Assembly: GCA_045538455.1 (NCBI GenBank)
Contig: JAZSRL010000006.1
Location: forward strand, 48,135 to 112,134
DNA from: Clostridia bacterium
GTDB lineage: Bacteria > Bacillota > Clostridia > Christensenellales > UBA1242
Direction: 5' to 3'
DNA length: 64,000 bases
The notes beneath the pieces were generated by a model that worked only from the letters and a program-made list of their open reading frames with translations, searched no databases and had not been told where the DNA came from. The position numbers and the translations under genes are program-made. Of the stretch, positions 26,597 to 36,677 are shown one piece after another (within the stretch, counting starts at the first letter, position 1; every line of letters begins with the position of its first letter).

Positions 26597-27298
26597 ATGT
26601 TAAAAATTAATAACCTTAGTAAAACTTATAGCAATGGTAAAATTGGCGTAAAAAATTTAAATTTAAATGTAAGCGCAGGTGATATTTGTGCGTTCATTGG
26701 TCCAAATGGATCTGGAAAAACTACTACTATTCGCTGTATTGTAGGAACTTTGAATTTTGATTCGGGTGAAATTTTAATTGATAACAAATCGGTTAAAGTT
26801 GATCCAATTGGTTGTAAAAAAGTAACAGCTTATATTCCAGATAATCCGGATATTTACTTAACACTAACTGGTAACGAATATTTAAATTTTGTAGCATCTG
26901 TGTATCGTATATCACGAGAAGAACGCGATAAAGCAATTCAATTTTATACAGATAAATGGGAACTAACCAAAGATTTAGGTTTACCAATTAAATCATATTC
27001 ACATGGCATGCGCCAAAAATTAGTTTTAATTGCAGCTTTTATGCGCAATCCGAAATTGCTTGTTTTAGATGAGCCATTTGTTGGATTGGATCCTCAAGCA
27101 TCTTTTACATTAAAAAGTATCATGCAAGAATTTGTACAAAACGGTGGAGCTATTTTTTATTCTACCCATGTTTTAGAGGTAGCAGAAAAATTATGTAACA
27201 AAGTTGTTATGATAAAAAATGGTGAAGTCATTAAACAGGGTACAATGCAAGAAATTAAAGAAGATAAGAGCTTAGAAGAGGTGTTCTTGAATGCGTAA
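26597..27298 (+). CDS. ABC transporter ATP-binding protein (ABC-2 type)
   Basis: 233 aa. Walker A GPNGSGKTT, signature YSHGMRQKL, Walker B LLVLDEPFVGLD, H-loop YSTHVLE. Confidence 0.88.
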   Translation: MLKINNLSKTYSNGKIGVKNLNLNVSAGDICAFIGPNGSGKTTTIRCIVGTLNFDSGEILIDNKSVKVDPIGCKKVTAYIPDNPDIYLTLTGNEYLNFVASVYRISREERDKAIQFYTDKWELTKDLGLPIKSYSHGMRQKLVLIAAFMRNPKLLVLDEPFVGLDPQASFTLKSIMQEFVQNGGAIFYSTHVLEVAEKLCNKVVMIKNGEVIKQGTMQEIKEDKSLEEVFLNA

Positions 27299-28856
27299 TG
27301 TATGGATTCTTCTAAAGAATTATTTTTTATGTGCTATTGGTAGTATGCGTAGTAAAAAGTCGCGTACAAAAACAGTCATCGGTGTTTCAACAGTTGTTGT
27401 GTTGTACGCTGTTCTATTTGCAGCTGTTTTGGGTTTTATGTTGTTTTTAGCCCAAAGTATAACGCAACCAATCCCAACGGAGCCCGGGATTGAACCGATT
27501 GATACCAGTGAATTGATTAACAGCGTCTTAGCTATGGGTTTAATTATTTCCGTATTTATGACATTTGTTTTTGCTTTGCAAAAAGTTACAGGCGGTAAAA
27601 AGTCAAATGATACTGAATTATTATTAAGTATGCCTTTCAAAAAAACAGAAATAATGGCAGCTAAATTTTTATGGAGTTTTGCATTCAATTTAGCCATTAC
27701 AATTTTGTTTTTCTTGCCTTGTGTGATTGCATATTTAGCTTATACACCTTTTAATCTAATTGCAATGGTAGGATGTTTTGTTGTTTTATTAATTATTCCT
27801 TTATTTGCGGTTGGTTTAAGTTCTATTGTAGATTATTTAGTTACTGTTTGTTTTTCGAATACAAAATTTGGAAATATTTCAAAAGCAATTTTTACTTTGG
27901 TCACCTTAATTGCTGTCATGGTTGTGTATGAATTTTTTGCGTTAAATTTGGAAGACCCAATTGTAATGAAATATGCGGTTAATTGGATTATTACTTTCAA
28001 TCCTAAAATAATGATTCCATTGATAAGTGGTATTATTCTGCTTTTTGTTTTGGGATGTTGGCTAAATTCATTGTTATTAAAAAGGGAAAGTCGAACGACA
28101 CAATTTAAAACAACACAAATTAACCACAGAGTAACAACCCCTTTAAAATCTTTATTAAAAAATGAAACAAACCGTTATTTTAATTCACCAGCTTTAATGA
28201 TTAATACTTTGATTGGACCATTGGCAATTGTTGCAATTACTGGATGGATGCTTTTTGATAAAGGGAAAACTTTTTTACCACTCATCCAAGCTTTTGGATT
28301 TTCGGACAGCGTTATATATTTATTTATTGGCCTAGCTTTTGCCTTGTTTGCAGTTTTAACATATCCAGCTGCGGTTTCTATTTCGATTGAAGGAAAGCAG
28401 TTTTGGATTTTACGCAGTATGCCCATTTCTGCTGCAACAGTCTTAACAGCTAAAGCATTATTTAATATAATTTTGTTAGTACCTTTAACCTTGGCTTGTG
28501 GCATTGTTTTGCAAATTGCGTTAAAAATTTCTACATTAAATTTTATTATTATGATGACCATACCAACTCTAACGACTGTTTTAGTTTCTTATCTTGGGAT
28601 TATGCTTAATTTGTGGTTTCCTAAGTTTGAATTTGAAAGCGAAAACGCTTTAATCAAACAAAGTGTGAGCGGTATGATTATGATGTTTGCTGGAATGTTG
28701 ATAATCGGTGCTTTGTGTGGTTTATCAATTTGGTTATTATTAAATATTGCTTTTGAATTTGTTGCAATAATAATTATATTAATTTTAGCGTTAATCACTG
28801 GTATTGCTATTATATTAACTTATACCTTGGGACAACGCATTTTTAATTGTTTATAA
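27291..28856 (+). CDS. ABC-2 type exporter permease, about 12 TM segments
   Basis: 521 aa. Overlaps the ATPase stop by 8 nt. Hydrophobic throughout with many predicted helices. No specific family motif recognised. Confidence 0.7.
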   Translation: MRNVWILLKNYFLCAIGSMRSKKSRTKTVIGVSTVVVLYAVLFAAVLGFMLFLAQSITQPIPTEPGIEPIDTSELINSVLAMGLIISVFMTFVFALQKVTGGKKSNDTELLLSMPFKKTEIMAAKFLWSFAFNLAITILFFLPCVIAYLAYTPFNLIAMVGCFVVLLIIPLFAVGLSSIVDYLVTVCFSNTKFGNISKAIFTLVTLIAVMVVYEFFALNLEDPIVMKYAVNWIITFNPKIMIPLISGIILLFVLGCWLNSLLLKRESRTTQFKTTQINHRVTTPLKSLLKNETNRYFNSPALMINTLIGPLAIVAITGWMLFDKGKTFLPLIQAFGFSDSVIYLFIGLAFALFAVLTYPAAVSISIEGKQFWILRSMPISAATVLTAKALFNIILLVPLTLACGIVLQIALKISTLNFIIMMTIPTLTTVLVSYLGIMLNLWFPKFEFESENALIKQSVSGMIMMFAGMLIIGALCGLSIWLLLNIAFEFVAIIIILILALITGIAIILTYTLGQRIFNCL

Positions 28857-28872
28857 CCTATAATATAGTTAA

Positions 28873-29373
28873 GTGAAAATTTTTATTGCATGTGTTTCTT
28901 TTTTTACAGTTGCTTTAATTAGTTTGTGGGTGTTATTTTTTAATGTTTTATATCCTTTAAAATACAAAGAAGAAATTCTTGCGGCCGCAAATACATATAA
29001 AATTGAGCCAGCTTTAATTGCAGCGGTCATAAATGCAGAAAGTAGTTTTGATAAAAGTAAAATTTCGCCGAAAAACGCGATTGGTTTAATGCAATTATTG
29101 CCTTCGACCGCTTCTTCATTAGCAGAAGGTGAAATTGATTTATTTAACCCAAAAGTTAATATTAATTTAGGAGTCAAATACTTGTCATATTTAATAAAAA
29201 AATTTGGAGATGTAGATACTGCGTTATTTGCTTATAATGCGGGAGAGGGTAATGTAGCCCGTTGGCTTGCTGCAGAAAATAAAACCAAATTAACTTCGTG
29301 TCCATTTAAAGAAACTAATGCATATGTTGCAAAGATAAAAAGAACTATCCCGTATTATAGAAATCGAATTTAG
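28873..29373 (+). CDS. lytic transglycosylase (SLT domain), membrane-anchored
   Basis: 166 aa with GTG start. N-terminal TM. SLT motifs AVINAESSFD (catalytic Glu), AIGLMQLLPSTA, AYNAGEGNV. Confidence 0.82.
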   Translation: MKIFIACVSFFTVALISLWVLFFNVLYPLKYKEEILAAANTYKIEPALIAAVINAESSFDKSKISPKNAIGLMQLLPSTASSLAEGEIDLFNPKVNINLGVKYLSYLIKKFGDVDTALFAYNAGEGNVARWLAAENKTKLTSCPFKETNAYVAKIKRTIPYYRNRI

Positions 29374-29401
29374 TCAACTTTTGAGTAACTTTGTCATATT
29401 C

Positions 29402-30037
29402 ATGGATATGGAAAATGCAACAAAAAATTGGGAACAAATGACTTATCCATTTTTTAATATTAAATTGAATTATAACTTGGGCGCGTTAAGTCCTTTTATT
29501 GATGAGAAAACAATGCGCGTACATTATGGAGAAATTCTACAAAATTATATTAGCAACTTAAACAATATACTAGAACAAAGGTTGGATTTGCAAAAATTTA
29601 CTTTATCAGAATTAATTGATTATGCAACAAAAAACCAAGAACAAGATTTATTAAGGTATGCTGGAGGAGTGTATAACCACTTTTTCTATTTTACCGAGTT
29701 GCGACCTGCAACTGGCCAAATTGTTATCGGAATCACTCCACAAGCAACACAACAAATCACAAACACTTTTGGTGGTTGGAAAAATTTTAAAGAAAAATTT
29801 ACAGAATCCGCGTTAAGTGTTTTTGGGTCGGGGTATACTTGGTTGATACGCAATGACCAAAAAGAATTAGAAATTCGCAATACATCAAATCAAAGAGTCC
29901 CGCTAGACGGAACGCCAATACTTTGTTTAGATGTATGGGAACACGCGTATTTCCTTAAATATCTAGATAAGCGACAAGGTTATATTGACGCATTTTGGAA
30001 TAATGTTGATTGGGTTAAATTTAGTGAAAGAATTTAA
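29402..30037 (+). CDS. sodA: Fe/Mn superoxide dismutase (atypical N-terminal motif)
   Basis: Metal ligands present: H in MRVHYGE, H in GGVYNHFFYF, D and H in DVWEHAYFLKY. The start is uncertain (TTG 29381, ATG 29402 or ATG 29438). HHxKHH is replaced by HYGEIL. Confidence 0.82.
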   Translation: MDMENATKNWEQMTYPFFNIKLNYNLGALSPFIDEKTMRVHYGEILQNYISNLNNILEQRLDLQKFTLSELIDYATKNQEQDLLRYAGGVYNHFFYFTELRPATGQIVIGITPQATQQITNTFGGWKNFKEKFTESALSVFGSGYTWLIRNDQKELEIRNTSNQRVPLDGTPILCLDVWEHAYFLKYLDKRQGYIDAFWNNVDWVKFSERI

Positions 30038-30041
30038 ATAT

Positions 30042-31157
30042 TTACTTCAAGTTTTCTGGGTTTAAGCATTTCAATTCGGGTAAAACAAACAAACCATTAT
30101 CACGGATTAATACATCATCAAAATAAATTTGTCCGCCTTTATATTCTGGGAGCATAGATAAGACAATATCCCAATGATTTTGACTTACATTGCCATTTGG
30201 TGCGTCATCATAAGCATTACCCAGAGCCATGTGAATCGAGCCAGAAATTTTCTCGTCAAATAAAGTATCATACATTGGTTTTGTAATGTATGGATTAACA
30301 CCTAAAGCAAACTCACCGACATAACGAGCACCATCATCAACATTCAATTCTGCTGTTAATTCTGCGGTATGGGAAGATTTTTCATTTATAACTTTACCGT
30401 CTTTAAATTCCAAGGTAATATTGTCATGAATAATGCCTTTATGCAATGATGGAATATTAAAGCAAATTTTACCATTGATTGATGTTTTAATTGGAGAAGT
30501 ATAAATCTCACCATCTGGAATATTACATGATCCAGAACATATAACTGCTGGTTGACCTTTGATTGAGAATGTTAAATCAGTATCTTGAGCTACCAATCGA
30601 ACTTTGTCAGTTTTTTCCATTAATTTTTTCAAATTTTGCATTGCTTGGTCCATTTTGGAGTAATCCAAAGTACAAACATCAAAGAAAAAATCTTCAAATG
30701 CGCTGCTAGGCATTTGGGCTAATTGTGCTAAGGCAGGATTAGGGTAGTTCAAAATTACCCAATTAGTTTTGCAAACACGAGTATCCATATGAATTGGTTT
30801 ACTATAGAATTTGCTATAAATTTGTTTTTTCTCGTCTGGTACATCACTGCTTTCAAATTTATTCGCAGGTGAACTAATACCAATATATGCAGATGCTCCT
30901 TCAAATAATGGCATAGTATATTCACAAGCTTTTTTTGCTTGTGTTTCTGTCATACCTTTCATAACTTCGCGACTAATTTCGCCATCACTCAAGCGCACAA
31001 AAGGATAACCCCCAATTTCATATGTTTGACGGACTAATTCTTTGACTAAGTCCTTAGCTTCAACACTGGCTTCTATGATAACTGTTTGTCCTTTTTGTAA
31101 TTTACAGCTGTAATTCAATAAATTACTAGCTAATTTGGCAATGCGTTCGTCTTTCAT
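30042..31157 (-). CDS. aminopeptidase, M29 family (AmpS/PepS-like)
   Basis: 371 aa. Overall resemblance to thermophilic metalloprotease M29 family members (N-terminal LASNLLNYSCKLQKGQTVII, C-terminal GSIHMALGNAY..NHWD). Confidence 0.75.
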   Translation of the reverse strand: MKDERIAKLASNLLNYSCKLQKGQTVIIEASVEAKDLVKELVRQTYEIGGYPFVRLSDGEISREVMKGMTETQAKKACEYTMPLFEGASAYIGISSPANKFESSDVPDEKKQIYSKFYSKPIHMDTRVCKTNWVILNYPNPALAQLAQMPSSAFEDFFFDVCTLDYSKMDQAMQNLKKLMEKTDKVRLVAQDTDLTFSIKGQPAVICSGSCNIPDGEIYTSPIKTSINGKICFNIPSLHKGIIHDNITLEFKDGKVINEKSSHTAELTAELNVDDGARYVGEFALGVNPYITKPMYDTLFDEKISGSIHMALGNAYDDAPNGNVSQNHWDIVLSMLPEYKGGQIYFDDVLIRDNGLFVLPELKCLNPENLK

Positions 31158-31161
31158 GATT

Positions 31162-32388
31162 TTATTTTACCTCTATTTTAAATGTATTTAATTTCCCTAC
31201 TTTAATTTTGACATTTTTTGTCAAAATATAGCTAAGATCCAATTTTTCTTTTGTCTCTAAATCAGTAACAGCTCCTGCCAAAATTAAGCGTTTAATTTCA
31301 CCGTTAGAAGCAAATTTACCAGTCGCAGCGATTGCGTTAATTAAAGTAGTATTCGAAGCCACTGTGACATTAATAAAATCAGCGTCTGTTAATTCGCGTT
31401 TAGAAAATTTGCGTTCAAAGTTTTCGCATTCTTTTCGTCCAATTTCTAAATTATTTCCATCAATTGAAACAAAATATGTTGTTAATTGTTTTTTTGCTTC
31501 TAAAGGATTTTCTTGGATAAATTTAACTAATTCTGGAATTTCTTCGGAGTACAAATATCCATACGCCTGGTAATATTTCAATAATAAACTATCTGGTAAT
31601 GACATAAATTTACCAAATTTATCGTTAGCAGGAGAGTTAACCGCAATATAGTTATTGAAACTCTTACTCATTTTTCGACCGTCACCACTCAAACCTTCTA
31701 AAATTGGTGTACCAAAAGCAATTTCGGGTTTTTGTTGGTAAATTTCTTGAACTAAACGGCATTGACCGAAGTTTAATAACTGATCAACGCCACCTAACTC
31801 AACATCAGATTTCAAATTAACCGAATCTAATCCCATTAATACAGCATAATTAACTTCAGCCAAAGATACATTTTCGATACGATTACGGAAGTCTTCGCGT
31901 TGAGTTGCAACCGATAGTTTAATGCGTTGTAAAACGGATAAAAATTCTGCTAATGAAGTTTTTGCCAACCATTGACTGTTTTTATGAACATTTAATTTTG
32001 TAATATCAATGTATGGTGCAATCTGTTTTGTGTATGTAGCTAAATTTGCTGCAATTTGTTCATCAGTGATTAATGCACGCTCAGTATTGCGACCACTTGG
32101 ATCACCAATTTTAGCGGTAAAGTCACCAATAATAAAATCAATATTATGACCAAATTTTAAGAAAATATTTAAAACAAAAATTGGACACAAATGACCAATG
32201 TGAATGTCAGCTCCGGTTGGGTCAATCCCAAATTTAACATTTAATTTTTTATTTAATAAGGATGGATCGAGTGTTGCCGGTAGGGTGGTTTGTTTTTTTA
32301 CATTTAATAATGACAACATCCTATCAACAGGCAAGTTGCTCCAATCTTCATTAAAACGGTTAAATAATAATTCATCATATCTTAACAT
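31162..32388 (-). CDS. tyrS: tyrosine--tRNA ligase
   Basis: 408 aa. HIGH motif (DIHIGHLCP), KMSKS motif (RKMSKSFNN), C-terminal S4-like domain (GEIKRLILAGAV). Confidence 0.88.
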   Translation of the reverse strand: MLRYDELLFNRFNEDWSNLPVDRMLSLLNVKKQTTLPATLDPSLLNKKLNVKFGIDPTGADIHIGHLCPIFVLNIFLKFGHNIDFIIGDFTAKIGDPSGRNTERALITDEQIAANLATYTKQIAPYIDITKLNVHKNSQWLAKTSLAEFLSVLQRIKLSVATQREDFRNRIENVSLAEVNYAVLMGLDSVNLKSDVELGGVDQLLNFGQCRLVQEIYQQKPEIAFGTPILEGLSGDGRKMSKSFNNYIAVNSPANDKFGKFMSLPDSLLLKYYQAYGYLYSEEIPELVKFIQENPLEAKKQLTTYFVSIDGNNLEIGRKECENFERKFSKRELTDADFINVTVASNTTLINAIAATGKFASNGEIKRLILAGAVTDLETKEKLDLSYILTKNVKIKVGKLNTFKIEVK

Positions 32389-32408
32389 AATTTTTTACTC
32401 CTTTAATT

Positions 32409-33962
32409 TTAATATGCTTTCGCAAAAATAGTTTTAACTTTTGCAGGTTTGCCACATTTTACACATACATCGCCTTTGACAACCTTAGCTTCGAATGGTG
32501 CAACACGAGTTGAGACTCCGTTTGTTTCATTTTTGATGGCTTCTTCACAAGCAGTGCAATTACACCAAGGGGCTAAAACGAAATTTCCAGCATCAACACT
32601 TTTACAAAGCTCTGTAAATGTTTTTACTTCTTTGGTACGCTGATCACGGGCTTCCATTGCTTTTTTAAGCATTGTTTGTTGAATTTTTTCCAATAAGTTG
32701 GTAACATACTGTTCAATTTGATTTAATTTAATAGTTTCTTTAGTTAAGAGATCGCGGCGGAAAACTTGACATTCGTTGTTTTCGATATCGCGTGGCCCGA
32801 CTTCAATACGCACAGGGACACCTTTCATTTCCCATTGATTAAATTTCCAGCCAGGCATATTTTCGCTTTCATCTATATCAACACGGTAGTGTAGGTTAAG
32901 CAAAGTGCGTTTAATATTATTAGCTATATTAAGAACTCCTGGCTTATGCTGAGCTACTGGCACGATAATAACTTGAATCGGTGCTACGCGTGGAGGTAGG
33001 ACTAAACCACGATCATCTCCATGAGTCATGACGATAGCTGCAATCATACGCGTTGAAGTTCCGACACTGGTTGTATAAGCATAGCGCGCCGTTTTTTTGT
33101 CATCTTGAAATTTAATTTCAAAAGCTTTGCTAAATTTTTGTCCTAAATAGTGACTGGTACCTAATTGCAAACTTTTTCCGTCTTTCATCATTGCTTCGAC
33201 ACCGTAAGTAATCTCTGCGCCGGCAAATTTTTCCTTTTCACTTTTTTGGCCAACGATAACAGGGATGGCTAAGTATTCGCGGAAAAATTTTTCATACATA
33301 TACAAATCATCAAGTGCGTTTTTCTTTGCTGATTTTGAATCTGGAAATACCGCATGACCTTCGTGCCATAAAAATTCACTAGTGCGCAAGAACGGACGAG
33401 TTGTTTTTTCCCAGCGTATGACATTACACCATTGGTTTAATTTCATAGGTAGTTCTTTGTAACTTTGCAGCCATTTAGCAATCATATTCCCAATAATAGT
33501 TTCAGAAGTAGGGCGGACATACAATTTTTCTGCTAAAGGTTCTGTACCAACATGTGTAACTGTTGCTAATTCTGGCGCAAAACCTGCCACATGTTCTTTT
33601 TCTTTTTCAATAAATGATGAAGGTATTAACATCGGGAAATATGAATTTTGATAATCTCGCGATTTTAAAATTTTATCCAACGAATTGCGAATATTTTCCC
33701 ATAAAGCAAAACCGTACGGACGAATTACCATCGTACCTTTAACCGGCCCATAATCACATAGTTCTGTTTTTAAAACAGTATCTGTATACCACTTTGGAGT
33801 GTTTTCAAGCAGGGAAGCGATATCGGCTACAAATTTTTTCTCTGTATTTTTTTTATTATTTAACACGGTTTTTATATTCGTTTTTGAGTTCAATTTCGAT
33901 TTAGATTCATCTTTTGTGTTTTTCTTATCGTTTTTCTTATCCACAATGATGGTTGTTTCCAT
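32409..33962 (-). CDS. proS: proline--tRNA ligase (archaeal/eukaryote-like type) with Lys/Asn-rich N-terminal extension
   Basis: 517 aa. Class II core DYGPVKGTMVIRPYGFALWENI, FLRTSEFLWHEGH, and C-terminal Zn-binding-type domain CVKCGKP. The first 45 or so residues (KKNDKKNTKDESKSKLNSKTNIK...) are an extra basic tract. Confidence 0.9.
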   Translation of the reverse strand: METTIIVDKKNDKKNTKDESKSKLNSKTNIKTVLNNKKNTEKKFVADIASLLENTPKWYTDTVLKTELCDYGPVKGTMVIRPYGFALWENIRNSLDKILKSRDYQNSYFPMLIPSSFIEKEKEHVAGFAPELATVTHVGTEPLAEKLYVRPTSETIIGNMIAKWLQSYKELPMKLNQWCNVIRWEKTTRPFLRTSEFLWHEGHAVFPDSKSAKKNALDDLYMYEKFFREYLAIPVIVGQKSEKEKFAGAEITYGVEAMMKDGKSLQLGTSHYLGQKFSKAFEIKFQDDKKTARYAYTTSVGTSTRMIAAIVMTHGDDRGLVLPPRVAPIQVIIVPVAQHKPGVLNIANNIKRTLLNLHYRVDIDESENMPGWKFNQWEMKGVPVRIEVGPRDIENNECQVFRRDLLTKETIKLNQIEQYVTNLLEKIQQTMLKKAMEARDQRTKEVKTFTELCKSVDAGNFVLAPWCNCTACEEAIKNETNGVSTRVAPFEAKVVKGDVCVKCGKPAKVKTIFAKAY

Positions 33963-34178
33963 ATTTAATCAGTATACAATAACTTATATTTTGTTACAAG
34001 TTTTTATTATCGAGACTAATTATTTTGATGCTTTACTTATTATATATTTCATTAATTTTGATTGTATTACTTTCACTTCAGATTTTCCTTGATTTAACTT
34101 CGTAAAACTTGTCTTTTGCGAAGTTTTATAAATAGGTCTTTTTTGCGTTTTTTTATAAGCCACTACTTATTAATTAAA

Positions 34179-34201
34179 ATTGTCTATAAATATTGTCTAT
34201 A
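34179..34201. repeat. 10-bp direct repeat ATTGTCTATA x2 with 13-bp period
   Basis: ATTGTCTATA at 34179-34188 and at 34192-34201, about 65 nt upstream of the tspO ATG in the 302-bp proS/tspO divergent intergenic region. Confidence 0.6.
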
Positions 34202-34264
34202 TATAAATAAGGATACACTAGCAGAGTTCTGTATATATTTATACATTTAGTAAACAATATAAAT

Positions 34265-34771
34265 ATGGATATGACTTTATTTACCGAACCGCAACCACAA
34301 AACAAAAAGTTAAAACCCTGGATGGTAGCTTTAATTATTATTGGAGCTACCCTTTTGATAGGCGTTGTTGGATCTCTCATTGGAGGGAAAATGGATGATA
34401 CATATATTCAACCACCAATGTCACCTGCAGACTGGGTCTTCCCTGTTGTTTGGACAATAAATTATATAGCGATTGGTTTTGCATCATTTTTAACCTTCCA
34501 GTCGAACCAAGTAGCAGCAAGGCGCCGAAATGATTTAATTTGGTATGGAATCCATTTATTTTTTAATTTGTTATGGCCTTTATTCTTTTTCCGTCTAAAT
34601 TTATTAGCATTTTCAATTTTTTGGCTAGTTTTAAATATTGTGTCGGCTATCATTGTTGCTTGTCGTTTTTATAAATCGAATTTAGCGGCCGGCATCATAA
34701 TTATCGTTTATATTATGTGGTTGTTCTATGCTTTTTATTTAAATTGCGGTGTTGCGGTTTTAAATATTTAA
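34265..34771 (+). CDS. tspO: TspO/MBR family tryptophan-rich sensory protein
   Basis: 168 aa with 5 TM segments. Family pattern PPMSPADWVFPVVWTINYIAIGFA, LFFNLLWPLFFF. Confidence 0.85.
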   Translation: MDMTLFTEPQPQNKKLKPWMVALIIIGATLLIGVVGSLIGGKMDDTYIQPPMSPADWVFPVVWTINYIAIGFASFLTFQSNQVAARRRNDLIWYGIHLFFNLLWPLFFFRLNLLAFSIFWLVLNIVSAIIVACRFYKSNLAAGIIIIVYIMWLFYAFYLNCGVAVLNI

Positions 34772-34781
34772 AAATTTTCAT

Positions 34782-34815
34782 AAAAAGAACTACCCTGCTG
34801 GATAGTTTTTATTTT
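34782..34815. terminator. bidirectional terminator between tspO and the S8 protease gene
   Basis: Hairpin AACTACCC-tgct-GGATAGTT (one mismatch) with an A-run upstream and TTTTTATTTT downstream. Confidence 0.5.
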
Positions 34816-34820
34816 AATAT

Positions 34821-36677
34821 TTACTTTTTCAATGGTCGGGTAATAAATATTACTAAAACAACGCCTGAAATCAATAGAGTTCCACATAGTATTATACTCC
34901 ACCAATTTTTTTCTTCGTGATATGCACTCGCCGCGATGATCAAATTCGAAGCTGGCATTTCAAATCTTTGATTTTTGGTATTGCAATTTATCTCTTTTCT
35001 TAAATTTTTATCTTCGCACTGGATTATTTCCCATAATACAGAGTTATATTTTTTTTCTAGTTTTGTTGTTATTTCTATTTTGGTTCCATATAAATATTCT
35101 CCGGCTCCATTCATGTCTATAAAATCATTTTCAGCAAATTTAATAGTTAATTTATAAATGTTTCGTTTATAATACACATCTATTTCGGTGTTTTTATCAA
35201 TTATTTTCCGTTGTATTTTAGTCACGGTAAATCCCGAGTATGCTTTTGCTGTCGCGGTAGTCGTACTTCCTTCTTTGCCATATAAAATTTCAGTTTCTTT
35301 TAATTCGTAAATCTCATAAGTCGGGATACAATCTGGATTATTTATATCATAAATTGGTTCTAGGTAATGATTTACTTTATATCCAATGCCAAATTCTACT
35401 CTAATTTCATGTTTCTTTGTTAACATGAACATATATTCTGTTTTGTATATTTTACTTGGTACTTCTACACCATCAAAATATATCGCTACTGGTTTATATT
35501 CTTCAGTAGGAAATACTTTTAAAATAAATTCCTTTTTATCTTGAAAAAACAAATTGAAGCCAGATGGAGACACCGCCCCAGCTAAATTTGTTTCGACAGT
35601 CACAGAAGTATGACTAGGAATTAAATTATGTAATATTGGCATTCCATATCCATAATAGATATCTTTACCGGGTTCGCCTAAATCAAGTACGGTTTCAATT
35701 CCTTTATATTGACCAGATAATATTTTTTCGATGTCACTTTGACTATATGACTTTGTTGGATCGGATTTTAATAAGGCTATGTATGCTGCAATATGTGGAG
35801 CGGCCGCAGATGTTCCAGAAGCTATTCTAGTCTGTTCGTTAATACCTGCACTATGTATACTCACTCCCGGTGCACAAACATCAATCTTTTTTCCATAATT
35901 TGAAAAACTTGCTTTTTTATATGTACTATCTATCGCACTCACAGTAATTGCGCAATCAACACTTGCCGGAAAAGAAGTAACAGCGTTTAAGTTGTCATTA
36001 GCTGCTGCGGCTATTGGCATAATTCCAGATTTATAAAGCTCTTTTATTTTTTCGGCAAGAATTCCATCGAATATCATTGCATCATGCGCAAAACTCATGT
36101 TAGCAGCAACAATGTTATATTTTTGTTTCATTTCAATCAAATAATCTACAATAGGAATTAAATAGCTTCCGTTATTTATATCTTCCCCTTTACTGTTCGT
36201 ACTCATCATTTTAATCGGTAAAATTTTTACATTTGGCATTGTCATATCGCAAATAATTCCCGCACAAAAAGTACCGTGCCCCCTAATATCTTCAAAAGGA
36301 TATTCTGATTTAAAACCATCATTGGTATAATCCCTTCCAACAATTTTACCGTTTTCATCATACAAAAAGCGATTTTCAAACCATGGATGATCTGTGTCTA
36401 TTCCTGTATCAATTACAGCTACAACCACTTCAGGCAAATCTAATACAGATTTACCTTGCGCTTCTAATATATCACTCAAATATTCTGAATATTCTGGGAC
36501 ACCCATTGCATCAGCACCCCATGTTGAATATGAATAAAAGTCCCCAAACCCCGCTGTCGTTAATTCTTTTTCACAACTGATACTTTCGCCGTTATTTTTA
36601 TTATCAGAGACACTAAAAAAAATACAAAAATTTGTAGCAAGAATCACAAAAAATATTAAATAAATAAATTTTTTCAT
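34821..36677 (-). CDS. subtilisin-like serine protease (S8), secreted, C-terminal TM anchor (paralog 1)
   Basis: 618 aa. N-terminal signal/TM. Catalytic triad VAVIDTGIDTDHPWF, HGTFCAGIICD, GTSAAAPHIAAYIALL. C-terminal beta-rich repeat modules (GAGEYLYGTKIEI, like InlB B-repeat). Terminal TM WWSIILCGTLLISGVVLVIFITRPLKK. Confidence 0.88.
   Translation of the reverse strand: MKKFIYLIFFVILATNFCIFFSVSDNKNNGESISCEKELTTAGFGDFYSYSTWGADAMGVPEYSEYLSDILEAQGKSVLDLPEVVVAVIDTGIDTDHPWFENRFLYDENGKIVGRDYTNDGFKSEYPFEDIRGHGTFCAGIICDMTMPNVKILPIKMMSTNSKGEDINNGSYLIPIVDYLIEMKQKYNIVAANMSFAHDAMIFDGILAEKIKELYKSGIMPIAAAANDNLNAVTSFPASVDCAITVSAIDSTYKKASFSNYGKKIDVCAPGVSIHSAGINEQTRIASGTSAAAPHIAAYIALLKSDPTKSYSQSDIEKILSGQYKGIETVLDLGEPGKDIYYGYGMPILHNLIPSHTSVTVETNLAGAVSPSGFNLFFQDKKEFILKVFPTEEYKPVAIYFDGVEVPSKIYKTEYMFMLTKKHEIRVEFGIGYKVNHYLEPIYDINNPDCIPTYEIYELKETEILYGKEGSTTTATAKAYSGFTVTKIQRKIIDKNTEIDVYYKRNIYKLTIKFAENDFIDMNGAGEYLYGTKIEITTKLEKKYNSVLWEIIQCEDKNLRKEINCNTKNQRFEMPASNLIIAASAYHEEKNWWSIILCGTLLISGVVLVIFITRPLKK

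Noticed and set aside
30030-30050. Convergence point of a mostly plus-strand block (11.4-30.0 kb) and a mostly minus-strand block (30.0-62.4 kb) as a replication terminus with a dif site.
   Set aside because: The sodA and aminopeptidase stops are only 4 nt apart, and I saw no dif-like 28-mer there or in nearby gaps. The first 11 kb is mixed in orientation. Whole-genome GC skew would be needed to decide.
33963-34264. Possible T-box leaders upstream of the proS-tyrS operon, and likewise upstream of alaS at 49467-49480.
   Set aside because: On reading the region I found no T-box consensus (..GGTGGTACCGCG..) and no specifier or antiterminator architecture. The alaS upstream gap is only 14 nt, and tyrS is 20 nt from proS.
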